Origin: Chrysemys picta bellii
Lineage: Eukaryota
Direction: 5' to 3'
Length of the DNA: 64,000 bases
Assembly (NCBI RefSeq): GCF_011386835.1
Contig: NC_088807.1
Coordinates: 1,922,001 to 1,986,000 of the forward strand
The position numbers and the translations under genes were made by a program. Shown piece by piece: positions 24,581 through 35,956 of this stretch (the stretch's first letter is position 1; the number at the start of each line of letters is the position of its first letter). The notes below the pieces were generated by a model that did no database searches, had not been told where the DNA came from, and was given only the letters and a program-made list of their open reading frames with translations.

Positions 24581-25777
24581 GGGCCCAGGAGGCGTTTTCA
24601 ACAGCAATTCAATTCCCCTTTAAAGAGAACAGCCTAGTAACGCCTGGCTTCAAACACTCCACAGCCACTCAGAGCACAACAGAACCCAGGAGTCCTGGCT
24701 CCCAGTCCCTCCCTGCGCCAACTCTAGACCCCACCCCTCGCCGGAGTCCTGGCTGCCAACCCCCCTCCCTGAACGGGGCCCGAGGGCTCTAACATTTCAC
24801 TGGCCACGTGGAGCCCACCAAGCCCGTAACCCACCAGCTCCTGCCCATAAGTAACCCACCCCCGGCCTCCCTGGGGTCCGGATCCCCCTCCAGGGCAGCT
24901 GCAGGAGCACTTGGGGGTGCACCATAGACCAGCCCCCAGTGGCACCAGCTACTGTCCACTTACTAGCTGTATTACGGTAGTACCCTGGGGTCCTGACCCA
25001 GCCCTGGCTTTGCTAGGCACTACCATAATACACCTAATAAGTGAGCAGTTCCAAGCTGGAGCCCCAGTTATGACCAGGCTCCCACTGTGCGAGGTCCTGT
25101 ACATTTATTAGGAGCATTACATTAGGGCCAGGACCCTAAGGCACTACCATAATACACCTAATAGATGTACAGCACCCAAAACAATGGGGTTCTGGACTGG
25201 TCCATTCCAGACTCCTACGTGCTACCATAATGCACCTAAGAAATGTACAGTGCCTAGCACAATGGAGTCCTGGCCCATAACTGGGGCTCCACTGTGCTGA
25301 GCACTGCCCATTACGGATGTGCCTAGCGGTCCCAGGAACGTCCCAGAACCCCGCGGCGCTGGGCGCTGTACGTGTACTGGGTGTATTGGGGTAGCCCGGA
25401 GCAGGCCCCTGCCGGGCGGGAGGTTGTTGCCGGAGGAAAGGCTCCGGCTGGGTCACAGGAGGGGGGCTGCGGGGGACGGGACGCCTTCCTGCCAGCGCTA
25501 ATCCTACCCCGGGGATTTGGCTCGGTGAAAAGCGAGAGCCGTTCCCGGTGAGGCCGAATTAAGTCATCACTCCTGCCTCTATTCAGCTGGAATCCGCCAC
25601 CCCCGCCTGCCGCTAATCCCAACGCCTGGCTCACACCCAGCGCCGGAGACCGTGTCACTTCACACCTGCATCACGCGCCGTAATTAAATTCCTCCAGCGC
25701 CCTGGCAAGGCTCTGCAGCCCCGCCTGTCCCAGCAGCCCCGGTAACACCTGGTTCCTCTGCTCTCACCAACAGAGGA

Positions 25778-26070
25778 CTGGGCTAGCAGGGGGCTGCGGG
25801 TCGGGAGTGAGGGGCACCGGCAGGGCTGGGCTGGCAGGGGCTGCGGGTCGGGAGTGAGGGGCACCGGCAGGGCTGGTGGGGGCAGGGCTGGGCTAGCAGG
25901 GGGCTGCGGGTCAGGAGTGAGGGGCACCGGCAGGGCTGGGGGGGGCAGGGCTGGGCTGGCAGGGGCTGCGGGTCGGGAGTGAGGGGCACCGGCAGGGCTG
26001 GGGGGGGCAGGGCTGCGCTGGCAGGGGCTGCGGGTGGGGAGTGAGGGGCACCAGCAGGGCTGGGGGGGAC
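25778..26070 (+). repeat. Family B minisatellite
   Basis: About 5 units. Confidence 0.9.
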
Positions 26071-26280
26071 GGGACCCCAGGCTGCCACCCCCCCGGCGGG
26101 TTCAGTCGAGCAGGCAGCCCCAGCCCAGTGCCCGATGGGAGACCAATACCCAGGACAGCCACTGCCATAGCGCTGCTGCCCCTAGAGGCGACAGGCAGTA
26201 GTTCCGTGGGGCTCGGGGCCGGAGGAGCAGGGGGGTCCCCGCTGGAGAGCGCCCCCGGCTGGGCTGCCGGTGAAGGATAC

Positions 26281-26402
26281 GGCGCCCGCGTCGCTGATCA
26301 CCTGCAGCACGATGGAGATGGAGGTTCGGGGGTGCAGGGCACCCAGGATAACCGCCTCACACGTCTTCCTGATCAGCTGCTCCCGGTTCTTTTCGAAGAC
26401 AC
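26281..26402 (-). CDS. EXOSC5: EXOSC5 exon 3 ([40 protein letters not shown])
   Basis: 122 nt; RNase PH-family motif HPRTSI; CAG acceptor, U12-type donor. Confidence 0.96.
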
Positions 26403-27888
26403 CTGGGGGAAGGAGAGACGGGGGGCCGGGCTGAGCCGGGAGCTGGACAAACCCCCCAGCCACCCTCCGCCCCACAATACCAGCTCCTCTGCGGCACCGC
26501 GCTCTCCCCCATGAGCCGTCTGCCTGTAGGACGCCAGCGCACAGACTCCCCAACGCAGATGTACCCCCGGCGTGCCAGGCACTGCCCCAAAGCCCCCCAG
26601 CTGCGATCAGTGCCCCTCGCCTGCCGGGTGCTGTCCCCACAGCCGCCCCACCGGGCGCCCACAGCTTGCCTCAGTCTCCCCAGCTGAAAAGTGAGGGAGA
26701 ATTCTCCTCCCTTCATCTCCTCTACTGAGGGAGAGTCCTGCCCCGGCGACAGTCCGCCCGACCCCACGCCTGCCGGGTGGCTCTGGCTGCACAAGGCTGT
26801 TTCTCCAGCAAGCGTCAGTGCGACAAAGCTGAGAACCGTCACCATTTCAGCAGAGGAAAACCCTCCCTTTGTTCTTAATTTCATTATTTGCTGCGGAAGC
26901 GCCCCTGGGAATCGAGATCCAGAACCCGGGAGAGATGCGAACCGTGCGTGGAGCTGGGATCCGGGGGGCCCCGCTGCAGGGGAGAGCCCGGCCCGGGGTT
27001 AACACCGCCACGGCTGTGACACAACAGGGAAACTTCACCCAGCCGGGAGGGGAGTGTTTAGGAGGTTACACGGCTTTATGTCAAGCTATTCTGTCTGTCT
27101 GTCCAGCCACACCCCCCCCTTCGTCCGTCCCTCCACACCCGCCTGCACATATCCCTCCATTCATTCCCCCCACTGCACGCGTCTCCCATCCACCCATGGT
27201 TCTTATCTGGCCGCCATCCCCAGAGCGGGGCAGCACCTCACAATCGGCAGTGGATTTACACACACACAGCGCAGGGCAGGACTGTTACCCCACTGCACAC
27301 ACGCGGCACCGACCTGCAGGGACTCGACCCAAGGCCCGTCCAACCCTCCGTCCGCCGTGGAGACGGCACGACCCGAGCTGCAGCCCCGTGATCCGAATCC
27401 CAGAGGGCGACGGGCTCCAACCGCCCCCACCTTGTAAACCCACGCTGGGTTCAGGGACGAGGGCACGCCCAGCCATCTCCCCTCACGGGGTCTCAACGGG
27501 GGCCGCATGGCCACGCCGGGCGATTGGAGCTCACGGAAGCTGGGGCCGGACGTGCCGGGGGGGTATCGGATCGTGGCAGAATTCCCCCGCCAGGCCCAAG
27601 CTCTCTATGCTGCTTTGTCACGGCAGGGAGATTGTTATGGTAGGGTTGCTGGCGAGCCCCGTACTCAGCATGCTAATAACAATCTCTTGTTATTGTAGGG
27701 TTCATTTTAAACAGCGAGTAAGCGGGGGAGGCGGAGGTTGAAGGATACAGTGATTGGCTTTGTTTTTAAATAGCCTCCAAGCTTTTGTTCGAGGTGTAAT
27801 CCTGGCTACTGCCCGTGAGCCCCCCCCCCGACCCCGGCCAGCGCCCCCCTGTACCACAGACAACGCCCACGGCTCCGCCCTCGCTTAC

Positions 27889-28002
27889 CCGGGAGCCCCA
27901 CTTTGGGTTTGAGCAGCACTTCCACAGTGGCCTTGTCATACAGCTCCTTGCTGACTTTCACCTCCGCTGGGCCGTACAGGCCGGCGAGGACCGAGGTGTC
28001 CC
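27889..28002 (-). CDS. EXOSC5: EXOSC5 exon 2 ([37 protein letters not shown])
   Basis: 114 nt, CAG acceptor / GTAAG donor. Confidence 0.97.
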
Positions 28003-28744
28003 CTGAGGGGAGAGGAGAGTGCAGGGTAAGACACGGCCCCTGGGCTTCCCGGCTCCCAAGGGGGTCCCCGAACTCAGCAGATGGCGAATGCCCCCCCCCC
28101 GAGCTCTGTCTGGGATGGGGGAGCCCCTGCTGGCCAGGCGATGAGAGCCCCAAGTCCAGAGGAGACCCCCGCAGACAGGGTAATCGGGGAGCCCTCCCTC
28201 TACCCATGGACAGGCTGGGAGGGGAAACCAGCGGCTCCCTTTGGGGGAGACAAATCCACAACCCAAAGGGCAGGGAGATAAGCGAGTCCCTGGGCCAGGG
28301 GCGGGACAAGGGGGTGTAGGAAGAGCCCTGGGGGGGTGAAGGGCAGGGAGGTTGGGGTCCCGGGGGAGCCCCAGGGAATGGATGGATAAGAGGACCAGCA
28401 CTGGGGGGGGGCAATGGGGGGGCTGTGGGGCACTACCAGGGGCGGGGGGTACAGGGGAGGGGACTAGGGAGGTTGGGGGGGCAGTACTGGCGATGGGGGG
28501 TAATACCAGGGGGCTTGGGGGGCCCAGGGCATCGGTACCGGGGAGGGGGTGACTGGGGGGGTACCAGTACCGGGGAGGGGGGAAGGGGGAGTAGGGGTGA
28601 CTGGGGGGCACTGGGGGGCCAGGGGAACCAGGGGAACCAGGGGGTACCGGTACCGGGGGGAGTAGGGATGATGGGGGCCCCAGAGGGGTCCCGGGCACAG
28701 CCTCACCATGCAGGAAGGTGGGGGAGATAGGGGGCCTGGGGGCG

Positions 28745-30132
28745 GTTTATGGGGGGGGTCCCGGGGGGGTTATGGGGGTCCCGGGCTCACCCTGCAGGAA
28801 GGCGGCAGAGATGGGGGGTCCCGCGGGGTTTAGGGGGGTCCCAGGGGGGCGATGGGGGGTCCGGGGGGGGGCGATGGGGGGTTGAGGGGGGGTCCCGAGG
28901 GGCGATGGGGGGTTGAGGGGGGGTCCCGGCTCACCCTGCAGGAAGGCGGCGGAGCTGGGGGGGCCCGCGGGGGGGGGTTGAGGGGGGGGGTCCCGAGGGG
29001 CGATGGGGGGGTCCCGGGGGGCGATGGGGGGGTTTAGGGGGGGGTCCCGGGGGGCGATGGGGGGGTCCCGGGGGGGGTCCCGGCTCACCCTGCAGGAAGG
29101 CAGCGGAGCTGGGGGGGTCCCGCGGGGGGGGTTGAGGGGGGGGTCCCGAGGGGCGATGGGGGGGGTTGATGGGGGGGGTCCCGAGGGGCGATGGGGGGGT
29201 CCCAGGGGGGGTCCCGGCTCACCCTGCAGGAAGGCGGCGGAGCTGGGGGGTCCCGCGGGGGGCCCGGGGGGGGCGATGCGCCGGTCCCGGGGGGGATTTA
29301 GGGGGGGTCCCGAGGGGCGATGGGGGGGTCCCGGGGGGGGTCCCGGCTCACCCTGCAGGAAGGCGGCGGAGCTGGGGGGTCCCGCGGGGGGGTCCGGGGG
29401 GGGCGATAGGGGGGTTGATGGGGGGGTCCCAGGGGGGGTCCCGGCTCACCCTGCAGGAAGGCGGCGGAGCTGGGGGGTCCCGCGGGGGGTCCGGGGGGGG
29501 GCGATGGGGGGTCCCGGGGGGGGTTTAGGGGGGGTCCCGAGGGGCGATGGGGGGGTCCCGGCTCACCCTGCAGGAAGGCGGCGGAGATGGGGGGTCCCGC
29601 GGGGGGTCCGGGGGGGGGCGATGGGGGGGTCCCGGGGGGGTTTAGGGGGGTCCCGAGGGGCGATGGGGGGGTCCCGGCTCACCCTGCAGGAAGGCGGCGG
29701 AGATGGGGGGTCCCGCGGGGGGGCGATGGGGGGTCCCGGGGGGGTTTAGGGGGGTCCCGAGGGGCGATGGGGGGGTCCCGGGGGGGTCCCGGCTCACCCT
29801 GCAGGAAGGCGGCGGAGATAGGGGGCCCCGCGGGGGGCCCGGGGGGGGCGATGGGCCGGTCCCGAGGGGCGATGGGGGGGTTTAGGGGGGGGTCCCGGGG
29901 AGCGATAGGGGGGTTTATGGGGGGGTCCCGAGGGGCGATAGGGGGGTTTATGGGGGGGTCCCGAGGGGCGATGGGGGGGTTTGGGGGGGGTCCCGGGGGG
30001 CGATGGGAGGGTCCCAGGGGGGGGTCCCGGCTCACCCTGCAGGAAGGCGGCGGAGATGGGGGGTCCCGCGGGGGGCCCGGGGGGGACGATGGGGGGGTTG
30101 ATGGGGGGGTCCCAGGGGGGGTCCCGGCTCAC
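28745..30132. repeat. G-rich minisatellite in EXOSC5 intron 1 containing 10 copies of the exon-1 end plus donor
   Basis: ggctcaccctgcaggaaggcggc repeated near 28786, 28930, 29084, 29218, 29347, 29445, 29562, 29678, 29793, 30031. Confidence 0.95.
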
Positions 30133-30226
30133 CCTGCAGGAAGGCGGCGGACCCGTCGGGGCGGCCGAGCGGGCCGAGCTCGCAGGAGAAGCGGCGCAGG
30201 ACGCAGCCCCCCGCCTCGGAGCCCAT
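30133..30226 (-). CDS. EXOSC5: EXOSC5 exon 1 (MGSEAGGCVLRRFSCELGPLGRPDGSAAFLQ)
   Basis: LRRFSCE...RPDGSA.FLQG matches the RRP46 N-terminus; GTGAG donor; corrected total 217 aa. Confidence 0.93.
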
Positions 30227-30469
30227 CGCGCCTCGGGACCCCCCCCAACGCGGGACCCCACTTCCGCTTCCGGGGCGCGGGGAACCAGCGAAGCCCCGCC
30301 CCGGCCACGGGGTGGGGGGATGGGGGCGCAGGCGGACTCGGTTGCCATGGTGATGGTGCCCCATGGCGGCCAAGGGGAATGCGGGGGGGGTCACCCCGTT
30401 GCCATGGTGATGGGAGGGGCGGGGATCGGGGGGGGCGGGCTCAGGGGCAGCCCCGCCTTCCGCAGCAAG
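30227..30469. promoter_or_regulatory. Bidirectional EXOSC5/BCKDHA promoter (243 bp between start codons)
   Basis: Head-to-head ATGs; tandem ETS ACTTCCG/CTTCCGG 30260-30273; two GTTGCCATGGTGAT X-box-like sites; YY1 CAAGATGGCGGC over the BCKDHA ATG. Confidence 0.9.
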
Positions 30470-30544
30470 ATGGCGGCGGGCTGGGGGCTGCGGCGGGGCC
30501 TGGGGCTGCTGCTGCGGCGGGGGGCGCGGGGCCTCGGCACCGCT
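30470..30544 (+). CDS. BCKDHA: BCKDHA exon 1, mitochondrial presequence (MAAGWGLRRGLGLLLRRGARGLGTA)
   Basis: Arg/Leu-rich targeting peptide, GTGAGT donor, phase 0 matches exon 2. Confidence 0.88.
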
Positions 30545-30687
30545 GTGAGTGGGGGGGGATCGGGGGCGGGGGGGGACCGGGGGGCAGAGGGGGCCCAGGG
30601 GAGGGGGGCAGAGGTGGGGGAGGGGCAGTGGATCGGGGGCAGAGGGGGGCGGGGGGGGAGGGGCGGGGGATTGGGGGGGCAGAGGGG

Positions 30688-30697
30688 NNNNNNNNNN
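30688..30697. other. Assembly gap (10 N) in BCKDHA intron 1
   Basis: N run in sequence. Confidence 1.
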
Positions 30698-31169
30698 TGG
30701 CCAAAGGGAAGGGCGCCCCAAATCGATTCATGGAGGAAACTTAAAAAAAGCTGCAGGATTCGTAGACGGGCCGGCTACCACCCTCTCCTCGGCTTCCTTA
30801 GGCCCTAGCTAGCGGGGAAAGGGGCAGCCGTGTCGTTAATATCCATTGGATTACGCCCATGGCGTGTGCATGCAGCCGTTTTAGATTTACTAAACTTATA
30901 AACTCAGGGACAGGGACGGTCTTTGTTCTGCGCTTGTGCAGCACCTGGCGCCTGTGGGGCCGGCCCACGACTGGGGCTCTCCGGTGCTGCTGCAATACAA
31001 AGAATAAATCAATCGTTTAAGAAGCCCTGAGCGCACCCAGCCCAGCGACACGTCCCTACACGCGCAGGGCCCGCTGGCTAGGTGTCACTCCCGTGGTGCT
31101 GCGTGGACACGTGGGGGAGACATGTCTGAGGGCGATGCTCTCCTGCCTCACCTGTGTCCTGTCCCCCAG

Positions 31170-31346
31170 CGCGTACTCCGGCAGCAGCAGTTCACCTCCC
31201 TGGAGGAGAAGCCGCAGTTTCCCGGCGCCTCAGCCGACTTTGTGGACAAGCTGGATTTTATCCAGCCCAACGTGATCTCGGGGATCCCCATCTACCGGGT
31301 CATGGACCGGCAGGGGCAGATCATCAACCCGGATGAAGATCCCCAG
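31170..31346 (+). CDS. BCKDHA: BCKDHA exon 2
   Basis: [46 protein letters not shown]; AG/GT. Confidence 0.97.
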
Positions 31347-32293
31347 GTGAGCGCGAGATGCTGGCGGGATCAGGGGGGTCCCATCTCCTCCACCCCACCC
31401 GTGCAGGATGGTCCCCTGGGCTGTCCCCCACAGCTGGGCACACGGCAGGGCAGGATGCACCTAGTCTGTCCCCCACTGTCATGTTAAAACACTGCTCCCC
31501 TACCCTTGTTCCCCTGCATTTCACCCCATTGCTTCCCACCCCTTGCTACCGCCCTGCGTGGGGCTGGACCCTGGAACGTCTGCTGGTTGTTACCATGACC
31601 CCTTGTGATGGATCCACACACCAGAGCAGCGCCTCCTGCTGGCCATTTCAGGGATTAGTTCTCTCATCCTCTGGCCGAGACACCAGGGCCCACCCACTAC
31701 TCCCGGTCCTGGCCCAGGGACCCTGTAGCTAGCTGCCTCCTGCTGCCGCTCCTTAACTTCTCCACCAGAGCTGCTTCAGTTCTCCACAGCCCCAGCACCT
31801 TCGCCCTCCTCTCCGGGCCTCCAGCCAGGAGCTCCCTCTTGTTCCCCTGGTCCCTGCCAGCTACTGCTCTGTCCAAGGCGCTACCTCCCTCCAGCTGCTA
31901 GGTGCACAGTCCCAGCTCCTTGCAGAGAGTGCCCCTGCTGCCCTGCCCCTCCTTTTTATGTCAGCCTGCTGGGCCCTGATTGGCTGCTCCCCGAAGCCTG
32001 TCTCTGATTGGCTGCCCCCTGCACGACTTCCCTAGGCTGTTTTAACCCCTTCCCTGCCAGCCTGGGGCAAACTCCACATCCCACCCCCCAATCTACCTGG
32101 CTGGCGTGGCCGTGGTAACCGAGCGCCTGACCCAGGGGCCCGAACCGTCGCAGCGTCTCCCAGGCATGGGCTGTTCTAGGCTCCATCGCTGAGTCGGGAT
32201 CTCCAGTATGGGAGACGCAACCCCCAGCCCGTCACCGTTGCTGGGTGTGGCAGGCCCGGCGCTGACCCGGCTCCTCGCCCTCTCCCGCCGCAG

Positions 32294-32380
32294 CTCTCGC
32301 AGGAGCAGGTGCTGAAGTTCTACAAGACCATGACGCTGCTCAACACGATGGACCGGATCCTGTACGAGTCGCAGAGGCAG
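32294..32380 (+). CDS. BCKDHA: BCKDHA exon 3
   Basis: [29 protein letters not shown]; 87 nt. Confidence 0.97.
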
Positions 32381-32700
32381 GTGTGTCGGCTGGGGGGCTG
32401 CGCGTGCTGGGGGGGGGGTTGGGACGGCAGAGGAAGCCAGGGGGAGGACCCCGGCGGCTCTGACCCAGTCTCCCGTCCGACGCTCCTGGTAACACACGCC
32501 AGAGTCGCCTCTCTCACAGCTGCGTCGCGTTGCCGAATCCTCCAGTGTGTGGCCCCTGTAGCCCCCACTGCTTGTCGGCGGTCCCCAGCCAGCCAAGCCT
32601 CAACCTGGAGTCGGCCTTTCTCGCCCTCCGACGTGAGGTGCTCTGCACTTGTCTGCCATCGTGGGATTAGCTCGCGGCAGCATTAATTTACCACAGCACA

Positions 32701-33367
<667 letters not shown>

Positions 33368-33653
33368 TAACGCCCCTCGTCCCAGCCGCCCTCCCTGCCA
33401 GTGCGCCCAGCCAGCGGGGCAGGGCTGTTCCGGGCAGCGGTCACTAGGGGCGGCGTAAAGCAGCCTCACGGCCATGCTGGCAGGGGAGCACCCGGCCACC
33501 TCCCGCCTTGGTCCTGGGACGCGGGGCTAACGCTGATTTCCAGCCCCTCCCACGTTGGGCAAGTATCGGGGGTAGCCGTGTTAGTCTGTATCTACAAAAA
33601 CAACAGGGAGTCTGGTGGCACCTTAAAGACTAACAGATTTATTTGGGCATAAG

Positions 33654-35021
33654 TATTCTTGCTGCCAAGTTAAAGAAGCATGGGCTGGATGAATGGACTG
33701 TAAGGTGGATAGAAAGCTGGCTAGATCGTCGAGCTCAACGGGTAGTGATCAATGGCTCCATGTCTAGTTGGCAGCCGGTTTCAAGCCGAGTGCCCCAAGG
33801 GTCGGTCCTGGGGCCGGTTTTGTTTAATATGTTTATTAATGATCTGGAGGATGGTGTGGACTGCACTCGCAGCAAGTTTGCAGATGACACTAAACTGGGA
33901 GGCGTGGTAGATACACTAGAGGGTAGGGATCAGATACAGAGGGACCTAGACAAATTAGAGGATTGGGCCAAAAGAAACCTGATGAGGTTCAACCAGGACA
34001 AGTGCAGAGTCCTGCACTTAGGACGGAAGAATCCCATGCACTGCTACAGACTAGGGACCGAATGGCTAGGTAGCAGTTCTGCAGAAAAGGACCTAGGGGT
34101 TACCGTGGACGAGAAGCTGGATATGAGTCAACAGTGTGCTCTTGTTGCCAAGAAGGCTAACGGCATTTCATAGATTCATAGATTCTAGGACTGGAAGAGA
34201 CCTCGAGAGGTCATCGAGTCCAGTCCCCTGCCCGCATGGCAGGACCAAATACTGTCTAGACCATCTCTGATAGACATTTATCTAACCTACTCTTAAATAT
34301 CTCCAGAGATGGAGATTCCACAACCTCCCTAGGCAATTTATTCCAGTGTTTAACCACCCTGACAGTTAGGAACTTTTTCCTAATGTCCAACCTAGACCTC
34401 CCTTGCTGCAGTTTAAACCCATTTTGGGCTGTATAAGTTGGGGCATTGCCAGCAGATCGAGGGATGTGATCGTTCCCCTCTATTCGGCATTGTTGAGGCC
34501 TCATCTGGAGTACTGTGCCCAGTTTTGGGCCCCACACTACAAGAAGGATGTGGAAAAATTGGAAAGAGTCCAGCGGAGGGCAACAAAAATGATGAGGGGG
34601 CTGGAGCACATGACTTATGAGGAGAGGCTGAGGGAACTGGGATTGTTTAGTCTGCAGAAGAGAAGAGTGAGGGGGGATTTGATAGCTGCTTTCAACTACC
34701 TGAAGGGGGGTTCCAAAGAGGATGGAGCTCGGCTGTTCTCAGTGGTGGCAGATGACAGAACAAGGAGCAATGGTCTCGAGTTGCAGTGGAGGAGGTCTAG
34801 GTTGGATATTAGGAAACACTATTTCACTAGGAGGGTGGTGAAGCACTGGAATGGGTTACCTAGGGAGGTGATGGAATCTCCATCCTTAGAGGTTTTTAAG
34901 GCCCGGCTTGACAAAGCCCTGGCTGGGATGATTTAGTTGGGGATTGGTCCTGCTTTGCGCAGGGGGTTGAACTAGATACCTCCTGAGGTCCCTTCCAACC
35001 CTGATATTCTATGATTCTATG
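33654..35021 (+). mobile_element. 5'-truncated CR1 LINE (RT domain to attctatg tail), ATAAG TSD
   Basis: [19 protein letters not shown]...[10 protein letters not shown] motifs; tail gatattctatgattctatg; ATAAG at 33649-33653 and 35022-35026. Confidence 0.97.
34169..34419 (-). mobile_element. Second CR1 3' end inserted in reverse within the first CR1
   Basis: catagattcatagatt tail; reverse-strand CR1 C-terminal ORF 34256-34609; CATTT duplicated at 34164-34168 and 34420-34424. Confidence 0.93.
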
Positions 35022-35156
35022 ATAAGCTTTCGTGGGTAAAAACGTCACTTCTTCAGACGTTGGGCAGTGGCTCTGATGCCCGGGGTGGGGGACCCAGGCT
35101 GGCTGCACCGGGGATGCCTGCCTGCTCAACCCGGCTGCGGTTCTCTCGGCCCCCAG

Positions 35157-35318
35157 GCGTGCTGATGTACCGGGGTTACCCCCTGGACCTCTTCATGGCC
35201 CAGTGTTACGGCAACACCAGCGACACCGGCAAAGGGCGCCAGATGCCGGTGCACTACGGCTGCAGAGACCGGCACTTTGTCACCATCTCGTCCCCGCTGG
35301 CCACGCAGATCCCCCAAG
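35157..35318 (+). CDS. BCKDHA: BCKDHA exon 5
   Basis: [53 protein letters not shown]; 162 nt. Confidence 0.97.
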
Positions 35319-35419
35319 GTGAGGCCCTCGGGGGCTGCTGGGGCCCTGAACCCCTCGAGTGCCCCACAGGCCGTCGGACGGCAGCCATCTCCCAAAGGGG
35401 CTGGGGGAAAATCCTGACC

Positions 35420-35710
35420 CACAGCCCCCTACTAGCCCAGCCCTGGGCTCCCCCAGCCCTGCCGGTGCCCCTCACTCCTGACCCGCAGCCCCTGCTAGCC
35501 CAGCCCTGCCCCCCCAGCTCTGCCGGTGCCCCTCACTCCCGACCTGCAGCCCCTGTTAGCCCGGCCCTGGGCTCCTCCCAGCTCTGCTGGTGCCCCTCAC
35601 TCCTGATCTGCAGCCCCTGCTACCCCAGCCCTGCCCCCAGCTCTGCCAGTGCCCCTCACTCCCGACCTGCAGCCCCTGCCAGCCCAGCCCTGGGCTCCCC
35701 CGCCCCCCCC
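35420..35710 (-). repeat. Family B minisatellite in BCKDHA intron 5
   Basis: About 4-5 units. Confidence 0.88.
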
Positions 35711-35956
35711 ACAGATCTGTGTTGCCCCATGTTGCATGGCTGACACTCCTCAGCCTGACCCCGTAGCCTACTCCCCGGGCTCCCTCTGAACCCCTTGGTG
35801 CCTGTTAATCCCAGTCCGCAACCCCCGAGCCTCACGACAAGGCCCGGAGCCCTGCCCCCCTGCTGGCCAGGGGCAAGGGAGGCTCTGGGCCAGTCTCCCC
35901 GGCGCCCTGCCAGGGAGCCTGCATTAACCCCTCCCCCCGCCGCTCTGTGCCCACAG

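Larger units (their letters stand above)
23446..26280 (-). other. EXOSC5: U12-type (minor) GT-AG intron, EXOSC5 intron 3
   Basis: 5' site GTATCCTTC; branch point TTCCCTTGAC about 11 nt before the AG; no long polypyrimidine tract. Confidence 0.9.
33563..35058 (+). mobile_element. Short repeat fragment (probably Penelope-like) split by a CR1 insertion; halves 33563-33653 and 35022-35058
   Basis: gtagccgtgttagtctg...gggcataag rejoins ataagctttcgtgggtaaaa; family assignment from recall. Confidence 0.5.

Noticed and set aside
25470-25570. C/D snoRNA from a GTGATGA C box on the - strand
   Set aside because: No CTGA D box or terminal stem at the expected distance
28745-30132. CRISPR-like repeat-spacer appearance
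   Set aside because: Spacers are themselves repetitive, no cas genes, vertebrate intron
33643-34936. Host reverse-transcriptase gene
   Set aside because: 5'-truncated, interrupted CR1 copy
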